Origin: Nitrospirota bacterium | GTDB taxonomy: Bacteria; Nitrospirota; UBA9217 | Assembly: GCA_963737155.1 (NCBI GenBank) | Contig: CAVTRN010000002.1 | Coordinates: 756,960 to 788,959, forward strand | Length of the DNA stretch: 32,000 bases | Direction: 5' to 3' | In this document: positions 24,211-32,000 of the stretch, in pieces | Position numbering within the stretch: position 1 is the stretch's first letter | How the letters are laid out: the number at the start of each line of letters is the position of its first letter | Notes under the pieces: generated by a model | What the model was told of the DNA's origin: nothing | What the model saw: the letters and a program-made list of their open reading frames with translations, nothing else | Databases searched by the model: none | Made by a program: the position numbers and the translations under genes

Positions 24211-24518
24211 TGCCCTGCCGGAAAGAATGTGTAGCTCACCCAGACGAGGATGCAGAACAGGCCGATGCCAAGGCCGATGCTCCACCCGATCGACTTCTTC
24301 TTCACGGGAAGGGGCGAACCCCTTCCATCGTTATCGCCAGTCTCAAAATCACTGCATCGTTGCCATGAAGAGAGAAACAGTTCGTGTCTGCTGCAGATTC
24401 CCGCGTCGGACCGCACGGATGCATAAGCAGAGCTGAGCACATTCAACCCGGGAAAGGTTGCTTCGATCAGCGCGGAATCATTCGCGAAAAATCTGCAGCT
24501 GATGCACCGCTCATTCAT
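24207..24518 (-). CDS. Hypothetical small protein with an N-terminal Cys-motif domain and a C-terminal TM anchor
   Basis: 103 aa from MNERCISCRFFANDSALIEATFPGLNVLSSAYASVRSDAGICSRH...QRCSDFE. A TM segment (IGWSIGLGIGLFCILVWVSYTFF) follows. An AGGAGAAGG SD sits directly upstream of this ATG. The 33 upstream codons of the track ORF overlap the preceding gene. Confidence 0.55.
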   Translation of the reverse strand: MNERCISCRFFANDSALIEATFPGLNVLSSAYASVRSDAGICSRHELFLSSWQRCSDFETGDNDGRGSPLPVKKKSIGWSIGLGIGLFCILVWVSYTFFPAGH

Positions 24519-24558
24519 AGCCTTCTCCTGACGCGCGTCAGCCCTCCGGCCCAGAATG

Positions 24559-25962
24559 CTACTTGCCGAGATTTGACCAGTAATTACCGAATACATACAC
24601 CGACAGGACGAACCCAAGCAGCACGTTAATTGCCACCCCGATAGTGAAAGCGCCGAATGGTTTCCAGCCGGCTGCTTTCAAGTCCTTAAACCGGGTAGTA
24701 AGCCCTATGCTAAGGAAGCAGAAAATAAACGCCCACGACCTGAGGGAAACGATAGGCATGATTAGGCCCGGTTTTACAACCTTACCGAAGTCCGCGGCAG
24801 AGTAGCCGGCCGTTATCATGGTCATGAAAAGCGAAGCTACGAAGAACCCGATGACGAATTTCGGGAACCTCCACCAGATTTCCATGGCGCTGGGCTTTAC
24901 ACCGCATTCCTCTTTTTCCCACTTCATACAGGCAATAAGCGCGAAGACGAATGACCAGATACCAATCCACATGTCCCTGCCGATGACCTTCATGAGGGTG
25001 AATGCCTGTATGGAGGCATTCTCATTGCCAGCCATCCGGCCATAAGCGCTTGCTGCGGCAAAGCCGGCCGCGTCGGCGAACTCCGAGGTCCCCACCCAGG
25101 CGCCCGCGTCTCCCGCACTCAGATTGAGGGCCTTAGAAGCGAAGGGAATAAAAAAGATCATGATCAAGGCCCATACTACCACAAGCGTGACCGAGGTGTA
25201 GAGATCCTCTTTTTTCGCCCGTACCGAGCTTGCGATTGCCATGGATGCGGACACGCCACAGACCGCGCCTCCCACGCCGATAACGGAGGCAAGTCGCTTG
25301 TCGAGACCGAACACCTTCGTGGCAACAAAATAGATGGTGAGGCATGTCGTCAGGGAGATTATTGTGGCCTGGAGCAGGGCGATAGGCCCTGCTGAGGCGA
25401 TGAGAGTGATGGGGAACGTCGCCCCGAGCAGCACGATTCCAGTCTTGATGTAGTACTCCACCCGGAACCCCGCATCCATCCATTTGGGCAGAGGGACGAT
25501 GTTTGCGATAAGAAGCCCGATGATCAGCGCGACCAGAGGCGGCTCCAGGTTGTACTTGGAAGCATTAATCCACCCGCCGATCGAGAACATGATGATGGAC
25601 AGCACGTAGAGCACGATGAAGGAGGGGAGAAACTCCGAAGTCTTGATGCCTATGATTTTTGTGGAAATGCCAAAAATGACGAGCCAGAAAATCAATTGCA
25701 GGGCGTACAAGTGGATATTGCTGCGAAAGTGGTCGATCAACTGGCCGAAGGACGACCACTTTAATCCTCCGGGATTTATGGCGAGCGACTTTACGAGGGT
25801 GCTTCCATTTAGAAAAGCGACCAGTGAGATGAGCACGATCCCAACCCCGAGATAGATCGCCCACCAGTCTTCTTTCAGGTAGAACTCTTTCCAGCCCATC
25901 TGCACCGGTTTCGGCGGAGATTCAACAACACATTGCTTTGTCTCACAATTATCGGTTGCCAT
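24559..25962 (-). CDS. YeiH/UPF0324-family ('putative sulfate exporter'-type) polytopic membrane protein
   Basis: 467 aa with more than 10 TM segments. The segment IGVGGAVCGVSASMAIASSVRAKKEDLYTSVTLVVVWALIMIF resembles the conserved G-x-ICG-x-SA..A....kAk.ee core of this family. An AGGAGGG SD is present. Confidence 0.6.
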   Translation of the reverse strand: MATDNCETKQCVVESPPKPVQMGWKEFYLKEDWWAIYLGVGIVLISLVAFLNGSTLVKSLAINPGGLKWSSFGQLIDHFRSNIHLYALQLIFWLVIFGISTKIIGIKTSEFLPSFIVLYVLSIIMFSIGGWINASKYNLEPPLVALIIGLLIANIVPLPKWMDAGFRVEYYIKTGIVLLGATFPITLIASAGPIALLQATIISLTTCLTIYFVATKVFGLDKRLASVIGVGGAVCGVSASMAIASSVRAKKEDLYTSVTLVVVWALIMIFFIPFASKALNLSAGDAGAWVGTSEFADAAGFAAASAYGRMAGNENASIQAFTLMKVIGRDMWIGIWSFVFALIACMKWEKEECGVKPSAMEIWWRFPKFVIGFFVASLFMTMITAGYSAADFGKVVKPGLIMPIVSLRSWAFIFCFLSIGLTTRFKDLKAAGWKPFGAFTIGVAINVLLGFVLSVYVFGNYWSNLGK

Positions 25963-27176
25963 GCATTATACCCTCCTATTGCCTTTGAAATTTTCAAATA
26001 CCGCAAAGAGCAAGGTCATGTCATTTTTCTGCGGCGCCTATGCAGCAAGACCATGCAGCGTTATCGATAAGTTGCATGATTGAGCGCCTGGTCTACCTAG
26101 CGGGCGCTTCCGGGCAGTCAAAGTAGTGCAAGCGCAACATAATGCATGTTGCACACAGGAATTGGGTTCTCCTCTCGTGTTTTTCTGAGAACCGCGTCCG
26201 CTCTGGATGGACAGGACCTTCTTTACCGGCATTGTTTTGTTTGTCACGATCACCTTGAGCGCGAGCCGTGTGCATGAGGAGCGAACAGGTTTCGCTGAAC
26301 AAGTTTTTTCATTTGCAACGTGAACTTGATGCGAAAAAAAAGAAACAGAAAACACTCATCCTGGCATTTCGGTTTTCCAAAAAGTATAGAAATACGAAAG
26401 CTCAGCGTTGTTGAATCGCCGACAGTGCACTTTATTTATTATTAGCCGTTTGTGCCCGGCAAACCGTTTAAAGAAGACTGAAATGGTGAACTTGATGCCC
26501 GTATGGCAAAAAAAGCATACAGCCGCATGTTCTTTGGTGAAATGTGTTCGGCATGACATGAAAGTCTATCTTGATGATTCAATTGAAAGCGGAAACTTGA
26601 AATGATAAATAAGTTTATAGCTGATCGAAGGAAATGTCAACGGGAAATTGGGGGATTCTAAGGCAATGGAAGTGTAAGGGCAAGCAGGCGAAAACTGTGA
26701 CGCAAAAATAATGCAAACCGGGGAGTTTGAATATGGTATCGAGACGTATTTATCTATTGAATGGTTGATGATGTTACACTTGGCTTCTGCCAATGCTCCG
26801 CGGTCATTCATGCCCAAAATATTTCTGCCACATTCACGAAATTATAATTTTTGACAATCCTCATATCTGTTTGTTTTCCTTAACAGACTTTTTTTACCGC
26901 ATGAAACATCATGTCGCTATTTTCTTCGAAAAGCATTACTCCATACTAAATCTCAATTATATATGCAGGTATAGTAATCTCACGGCAAAATGGAACCACA
27001 GAACCCGCACCTGCTCAATGCGGTCCGCCAGTTCATCGATTTTACGGGATAGATAGAACAGGCGGGCTGACGAAACCCTGCCTGATTTAGTGTAGCATTC
27101 TTCCGAAGATACTTTGCCAGAAGAAGTCTTATAATCGGAGGGACTTCTCAATTTTAAGCATTCCTGCATTTCCCCA

Positions 27177-28022
27177 TCAAGAGCCTTTTTTTGCGACCAG
27201 AACGGCGCAGTCCGCCAGTCCAATAACCTTTTCTGTTGTACTCCCCATCAGGAGCCTTTTGAGTCCCGTTTTCCCGTACGCGCCCATGACGACCAGATCG
27301 ACGCCCATGCTTTTTGCGGTCTCTGCTATGACCTCATGGGGTTTCCCGACGAGGGCCATCGTCTCGGCGTGAATACCGGCCTGCTGTGCCGCCAGCGCGA
27401 TATCGCCGGCGTTCACCCGCGCCTTGTCTTTCTCGTCTTCCGAGGGAACCACAGCAATGGCTATCAGGCGGCTTCCACAGCGTTTTGCAATTTCAATCGC
27501 CTCTGTTCCCGCTGTACGTGCATGATCCGATCCGTCCGTTGCAACCAAAACATTCTTGAACCCGATTCCCGCTGCCCGGGGAACAACCAGAACCTTGCAC
27601 GGCGCGTGTCCGATGACCTTCGCGGCAGCGCTGCCGAGGAAAACCTTCTCCAGCCCGCTGCGGCCGTGCCTTCCGACTGCAATCATATCAATTTTATTTT
27701 GCGCCGCTTCTTCAACGATAAGCCGAGAGGCGCTGTCCCCGCGGCGCAAAATCGTCTCGCAGAACGGTAACTCATTTAGCGCTCTCACCTTGAGGGATGC
27801 TAGATACCGGGCGGCCTCCTCCGTTTCTTTCTGCAGAAGCTCTGCGCCGGCGGTCTCATATTCCGGATTTTTTTCTACAACCGTCATTACATAGAGCTTG
27901 CTCGAACAGTGCTTTGCAAAAGTTATTGCCGTGTTTATTGCACCGTCGCTGAACCTCGAACGGTCCGTTGCTACAAGCAGTTTTTCAAGTTTTGACACGG
28001 GGCAGGACTGGCCGATATTCAT
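27177..28022 (-). CDS. Tandem universal stress protein (two UspA domains)
   Basis: 281 aa. The two halves start LLVATDRS... and VLVATDGSDHA.... Each ends with a G(R/A)(H/Y)G(R/K)(S/T)GL..(V/L)(F/L)(L/M)GS...KV...A.C.VLV(V/A) signature. An AAGGAGGA SD is present. Confidence 0.85.
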   Translation of the reverse strand: MNIGQSCPVSKLEKLLVATDRSRFSDGAINTAITFAKHCSSKLYVMTVVEKNPEYETAGAELLQKETEEAARYLASLKVRALNELPFCETILRRGDSASRLIVEEAAQNKIDMIAVGRHGRSGLEKVFLGSAAAKVIGHAPCKVLVVPRAAGIGFKNVLVATDGSDHARTAGTEAIEIAKRCGSRLIAIAVVPSEDEKDKARVNAGDIALAAQQAGIHAETMALVGKPHEVIAETAKSMGVDLVVMGAYGKTGLKRLLMGSTTEKVIGLADCAVLVAKKGS

Positions 28023-28544
28023 GGTATCATCCTCCTTGCATTTTCAATCTTTTTTCCGGCTTTCCGGGTATCTGTTTCAAAGTATACCAACTTTTCATCG
28101 CCCTAGTTGCCTGTCGGGTTCAATGTGCAGGGCTGAATTGGCAGGGTGAAACTGTTCTACCTTAATAATAAACAGCCGGGAGAAAAAATAATTGCAAATT
28201 AAACAGGTGAAATAAATATCACAGCAATGGCCAAGTAGAATACTTCTTAATCACTTACCTTCAGCATTTTTCTCATTTTTGCGTGCTCTTCGTGGCTAAC
28301 ATGACAACTTGCCTTCCTTGAGGCGTCTGACTATGACTGCGCCCGGTGCAACCCAAGGAATCATGGCTTCCTTATTATCTTTCGTGCTCACGTCCCACAA
28401 AAACCCCACAGAATTATTTTTCCTAAGCGGAGTCGATTTGCGTTTTACCCGCTCGTCGGTATGTCGGCAAACTCCGCAGATTATTTACGAGATGCGAAAT
28501 CGCATCCGCCACACACGAGTTGAACTCTCCGCATCCGAATGATC

Positions 28545-29162
28545 TTATGTCATCCTCGGCCCGGCATATGGCGGGACATCCGAGGGGAAGGAATACCTGC
28601 CCTCCAGTTTGTCAAGTGCACACCATAGTAAATTCTGAAGATCATCATCAGTCTTATGTCCCAAGAATGTTTTTATCAATGTCTCGCGAATGGTAAGCAT
28701 CAATGGGTCTTTTTTGAGGAACCGCAGGAACGTCCGAAGGCGTTTTTCCCCATCACCTATCTTCGATGCTGCATGTGGGTTCACAGCAGTTTTATAATAT
28801 TCCTGCAGATAGATCAAAAACCATAGCTGCGTCATGTCATAAAAAAATTCGAGCGTCGGATAGTATCCGTATTTTTGCCTGATGTGCGCCTCAACGGATA
28901 AGTGGTTTTCGGGGATGCTCGGAAAGACAGCTATAAGCAGACCTTCCGCGAAGTCTTCATAGAAAAAGGGAGAATCGGAATACTGCCGATTCTGACAGTG
29001 AGGACAGATAACTATATTAAGCTCCCAGTTCTGTAGGATTGTTTTTACCCAAGGTGTCCGGGAAATATCGATCCAGGTGGCGATTCGAGCCTGAAAGCTG
29101 CGTCTACAAGAGCCACAATAAAGTAATTCATTCGTGTAAGCTGCAGTCTGAAGTGTCGGCAT
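28545..29162 (-). CDS. CpXC-domain-like zinc-ribbon protein
   Basis: 205 aa from MPTLQTAAYTNELLYCGSCRRSF...WIDISRTPWVKTILQNWELNIVICPHCQNRQYSDSPFFYED. The pattern is CxxC...WI(D)...CPxC...P..Y.D. An AGAGGTGAG SD lies before this ATG, so the upstream 43 codons of the track ORF are probably not translated. Confidence 0.55.
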   Translation of the reverse strand: MPTLQTAAYTNELLYCGSCRRSFQARIATWIDISRTPWVKTILQNWELNIVICPHCQNRQYSDSPFFYEDFAEGLLIAVFPSIPENHLSVEAHIRQKYGYYPTLEFFYDMTQLWFLIYLQEYYKTAVNPHAASKIGDGEKRLRTFLRFLKKDPLMLTIRETLIKTFLGHKTDDDLQNLLWCALDKLEGRYSFPSDVPPYAGPRMT

Positions 29163-29373
29163 TTGCTCACCTCTATAAATGAAATGCGTGTTTTTGTGAA
29201 GGCCGAAGACAACGCAGATACGATCGGAACCACGCCTCCTTTTCAGGAGAAGGATCACGGTGTCTGGGGGTGTCTGCACTGTCGGATTCATGCCGAGGCC
29301 GATCCGAGAGAAGGGAACGAGTTCTGATTTCGTTGTCTATCTTAGATACATGAATTTGAAAATAGAGGAGTGC

Positions 29374-29649
29374 CTACGTGGGAGGAGCGCGGGTTTCAGT
29401 CGATGAGGGAAGAACGCTCGGTAGATTACACGAAGTATCGAGTGTCGAGGAGCTTCTTGTCCAGCTGAGATGACAGTCAAAATTATAAGCGGTGTTAAAC
29501 GCGGTATAGATGTGGCTATAGACGCTGTAAATAGAGGAGTCCTTGAGCGGAACCTCATCCTCAGCCGGATAGAAGGCGGGGATAAGCGCGAGAAAGAAAA
29601 GAACCACTACAATAAGAAGTGCAACTCTTTTCTGCAACAGTCCTTTCAT
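29374..29649 (-). CDS. Hypothetical small signal-anchored protein
   Basis: It starts MKGLLQKRVALLIVVVLFFLALIPAFY, a hydrophobic N-terminal anchor. No SD and no recognisable family were found. Confidence 0.3.
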   Translation of the reverse strand: MKGLLQKRVALLIVVVLFFLALIPAFYPAEDEVPLKDSSIYSVYSHIYTAFNTAYNFDCHLSWTRSSSTLDTSCNLPSVLPSSTETRAPPT

Positions 29650-30072
29650 TCTCAAATTATACGTGGTAAGAATATTTTAGTCAAGTCTCTTTCCAGCAAG
29701 TGAATTGATTCATAATGAATGTCACCCAAATGGATTTTGAAATAGATCGTTGATAATCATAACTCTTGTTGCCGAAACCTGAGCCGCAAAAGAAGGATGT
29801 GTTACCTTGAGCTTGGCCTCCTCTGCGAGGTCGAGCCTGTCGTACTTTGCTGAATTGTATTTTTTCCCCGGCCAGCCAGAGTTGTTGTGTTACTCTTTGG
29901 TTGTGCCGATGGGGAGAACGGAGATAGCGTAACTAAGGGTTAAAAAAAGTGATATCAAGTAGAAATTAACTAAAAACGATGCAAAGCAGGGGATTCCGGC
30001 AGACGGGGCATTGCAGGATGATGGTCATGGCATCACGTTGTCAGTGTCTCATTGCGCAAAGCCTGCACGGTT

Positions 30073-30450
30073 CTATTTAGCCTTATGGTACTGGATATTG
30101 ACTTCATAGGCAAGACTGGCGTGTCCGAAGGAATTGTTCATGCCGCGGCAATAGACCTTTCCCTTTGTTGTTTTCTTATGGGATTTAGCCAGGCCCGCAA
30201 CCACGGGGGCCAGATCGAAACCGCCGCCCGTACACCCTTCCTCCATGCATTTCATGTGAAAACCGGCGTAATCCGCGGACGAGAAACTGAGGGTACGATT
30301 CATTAATACCGAATCGAAACCGCGCCGGTAATAGGTCATGCGAAATTCGATCTTCGAGACTTTGGCATACCGCTCGGAAATCAGGCCAAAGGCGGCCAGG
30401 GCGATCCTCTCCATCTCCATCTTTTCTCTATAACTTTGTCTGTGGTTCAT
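30073..30450 (-). CDS. Hypothetical protein (125 aa), family not recognised
   Basis: It is a clean ORF with an AAGGAGAG SD at appropriate spacing before the ATG. No motif was recognised. Confidence 0.5.
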   Translation of the reverse strand: MNHRQSYREKMEMERIALAAFGLISERYAKVSKIEFRMTYYRRGFDSVLMNRTLSFSSADYAGFHMKCMEEGCTGGGFDLAPVVAGLAKSHKKTTKGKVYCRGMNNSFGHASLAYEVNIQYHKAK

Positions 30451-30530
30451 TGCTCTCCTTTAGGATAAAAGACAAAAGCCCCACGCGGTAAGGATTCAAG
30501 ATGCGGGACGATGATTCCGGATGCGACAGC

Positions 30531-30567
30531 AAAAGAAAAAACAGGCCCTGAAATGACCAGGGCCTGT
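30531..30567 (-). terminator. Rho-independent terminator of csp
   Basis: A perfect 10-bp stem pairs ACAGGCCCTG (30541-50) with CAGGGCCTGT (30558-67) around a 7-nt loop. On the minus strand it is followed by TTTTTCTTTT (30540-30531). It lies 19 nt downstream of the csp stop. Confidence 0.8.
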
Positions 30568-30585
30568 GAAGGTCCAAACCTTTGA

Positions 30586-30786
30586 TTAGAGCTTTACAAC
30601 GTTGGCTGCTTTGGGGCCTTTGGGTGAGTCGACAACGTCGAACTGCACTGACTGGCCTTCGGCCAGCGACTTGAAGCCGCTGTCCTGAATGTCGCCGAAA
30701 TGAACGAACACATCGCCGCCACTTTCACGGGAAATGAATCCAAAGCCTTTGGAATCATTGAACCACTTTACGGTGCCTGTTTCCAT
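30586..30786 (-). CDS. csp: Cold-shock protein (CspA family, CSD)
   Basis: 66 aa reading [30 protein letters not shown], with the RNP1 motif KGFGFI and RNP2 motif VFVHF. An AGGAGG SD is present. Confidence 0.95.
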   Translation of the reverse strand: METGTVKWFNDSKGFGFISRESGGDVFVHFGDIQDSGFKSLAEGQSVQFDVVDSPKGPKAANVVKL

Positions 30787-30830
30787 GATGAGCTACCTCC
30801 TTCTGGTGAATTGAAGCGACGGAAAAGGAC

Positions 30831-30865
30831 AACAAAAAAGCCGCAAAGCCTATCTGTCTTTGCGG
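30831..30865 (-). promoter_or_regulatory. Terminator-like hairpin plus U-run within the csp 5' leader (candidate attenuator)
   Basis: On the minus strand, CCGCAAAG-(9-nt loop)-CTTTGCGG is followed by CTTTTTTGTT. It lies 45-79 nt upstream of the csp ATG. Confidence 0.45.
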
Positions 30866-31105
30866 TTTCCCTACAAGAACATCCGGAACTTCTTGATACT
30901 ATAATCCCCCTTCTGCGCTGGAAAGTCAACGGTTATTATTGCCCGAGCGATATTAATGCCGACCGGGGATGCCTGAAGTGGCAGTGGTGGCGGGGAAAAC
31001 ATATTGATTTACAATTGGTTGCTGAAATATATTCCGAGATGCTCATCGAGTGGCCGGGATGGTAAGTCCCCTTTGGAAATAGCATCCCGAAGATGTACGG
31101 AGATG

Positions 31106-31134
31106 TTTACAATTGACTGCAAAACCCGTATAAT
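31106..31134 (+). promoter_or_regulatory. Sigma70-type promoter candidate for the RNA-binding-protein gene (TTTACA-N17-TATAAT)
   Basis: TTTACA is at 31106-11 and TATAAT at 31129-34, with an exact 17-nt spacer. This implies a 5' UTR of about 265 nt before the ATG at 31407. Confidence 0.5.
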
Positions 31135-31406
31135 AACTATATACAACATCAACGGGGTAAGGCCCTCTCATTTTGGAGCGAGATGCCGTCCGCGCCTCAT
31201 CATCGATCACTGACTCTTCCTGCTCTCACCTGTTCCTGCGTAAAAAAGCGACAGCATGCCTGGTTGGCGAACGATGCGGTTTTTGCGGACACCCCGCGCG
31301 ATTCGGCGTCCCCACTTCGGGGACGCGGTGTTATGGCGGAGAAGATGTAAACGCGCTGTGCGGCAACGACCGTCAGCGCGAAAATTAAATCACACAGGGA
31401 GGCAGC

Positions 31407-31748
31407 ATGGGGAAGAAGCTTTATGTGGGGAATTTGTCATATAACACCCACGAGGAAGATTTGCGGGATGCATTCTCGAAGATCGGCGAGGTGGTGTCTG
31501 CCACGCTGATCGTGGATCAGACGAACGGCAGGTCCAAGGGTTTCGGTTTCGTGGAAATGGCGTCGGACGAGGATGCGGCAAAGGCAATCTCATCCATGAA
31601 CGGCACAATGTTCATGGACCGGACGATCACGGTGAACGAGGCCAAGCCGAAGACTGACCGCTCGGGGTCGGGCGGCGGCGGTGGCGGCGGTAGGGGTGGT
31701 CGCGGCGGATACGGCGGTGGCGGCGGAGGGGGCAGGTCGTGGAGGTAA
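31407..31748 (+). CDS. RRM-type glycine-rich RNA-binding protein
   Basis: 113 aa. KLYVGNLSY is the RNP2 motif and KGFGFVEM is RNP1. The C-terminal tail is GGGGGGGRGGRGGYGGGGGGGRSWR. A GGGAGG SD is present. Confidence 0.9.
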   Translation: MGKKLYVGNLSYNTHEEDLRDAFSKIGEVVSATLIVDQTNGRSKGFGFVEMASDEDAAKAISSMNGTMFMDRTITVNEAKPKTDRSGSGGGGGGGRGGRGGYGGGGGGGRSWR

Positions 31749-32000
31749 GGGTCCTGTCCCGAGACATCGAAAAGGCCCTGCGTAATCTGAAAAAGAAACT
31801 CCAACTCGACGGAGTATTCGGGGAACTGAAGAAGCGGCGCTATTACGAAAAGCCCTCGGTGAAGAAAAAGAGGAAGCGGCTGGAGGCTCAGAAGCGGAAG
31901 CGCAAGCTCCTCAACAAGCGACCGCGGCCATCTGGTTCGGGGCCGCGTCCGGACAGGCCGTCGCAGTCACCCGCTGCATCGAACGACCAAGCCCGAAATT
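31739..32000 (+). CDS. rpsU: Ribosomal protein S21, 3' end runs off the window
   Basis: This ORF is not in the supplied track because no stop occurs before the window end. The GTG at 31739 is preceded by GGAGGGGG. It encodes MEVRVLSRDIEKALRNLKKKLQLDGVFGELKKRRYYEKPSVKKKRKRLEAQKRKRK, which matches the S21 pattern ALRxxKRK...G...E...R..YEKPS..RKRK. It overlaps the 3' end of the RRM gene by 10 nt. Confidence 0.75.
   Translation, partial: MEVRVLSRDIEKALRNLKKKLQLDGVFGELKKRRYYEKPSVKKKRKRLEAQKRKRKLLNKRPRPSGSGPRPDRPSQSPAASNDQARN

Noticed and set aside
29163-29291. Upstream 43 codons of track ORF 28545..29291
   Set aside because: The internal ATG at 29162 has a good SD (AGAGGTGAG) and starts right before the CpXC-like module. 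The upstream part has no SD and odd composition.
30700-31065. 121-aa plus-strand ORF spanning the csp start and the intergenic region
   Set aside because: It overlaps csp antisense and runs through the promoter and leader region. It has no SD and no motif.
31517-31804. 95-aa proline-rich minus-strand ORF, and the GGC/GGT-rich tract at about 31670-31735 considered as a microsatellite
   Set aside because: The Pro-run is simply the reverse complement of the glycine-rich tail codons of the RRM protein. The tract is imperfect coding low-complexity sequence, not a unit repeat.
1-32000. tRNA, rRNA, CRISPR arrays, transposase or integrase genes, and terminal inverted repeats
   Set aside because: I scanned for T-loop-like GGTTCGAAT motifs, regularly spaced short repeats, and transposase- or integrase-like translations, and found none. 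Only decayed gene fragments were seen.

Overview
This is a bacterial chromosomal segment with no rRNA, tRNA, CRISPR array or intact mobile element that I could recognise. Three neighbourhoods are visible.

(1) 1-6.3 kb is a cation-handling neighbourhood. It holds a 5'-truncated K+-channel-like gene and a CaCA-type cation/Ca2+ exchanger. Two genes encode a cysteine-less HMA-like 'VPGRLR' domain. One looks frameshifted. The other is built from three near-identical 252-bp in-frame tandem repeats. A MOSC-domain gene and decayed gene fragments are also present.

(2) 6.8-24.1 kb is a membrane-lipid region, visibly more GC-rich by eye. It starts with a 1406-aa fusion of two HgdC/BcrAD-type activase ATPases and a DUF2229-like region. 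This belongs to the BCR/HAD family and is possibly PlsA/PlsR-like. A hopanoid side-chain cluster follows: hpnG, an eroded dxs remnant, hpnI, an Omp85-type beta-barrel gene, hpnJ, hpnK, a small DMT/EamA-like membrane protein, shc, hpnA, an unresolved small membrane ORF, hpnH and a DUF422-like membrane protein. Four consecutive junctions from hpnJ to hpnA overlap as TAATG or ATGA. The hpnJ block is preceded by a near-consensus sigma70 promoter, a non-coding leader of about 185 nt with internal repeats and a mini-ORF, and a strong terminator-like hairpin. I rank this candidate cis-regulatory RNA or attenuator as the most interesting unexplained element.

(3) 24.1-32 kb holds a small Cys-motif membrane protein with a coupled 39-codon six-Cys mini-ORF, and a YeiH-like transporter. 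A gene-poor AT-rich stretch of about 1.2 kb follows. After it come a tandem-Usp protein, a CpXC-like protein and two hypotheticals. The window ends with a divergent cold-shock-type locus: csp with a terminator-like leader hairpin, facing an RRM glycine-rich RNA-binding protein gene whose 3' end overlaps rpsU.

All functional calls rest on motif recognition by eye. No database search was run.
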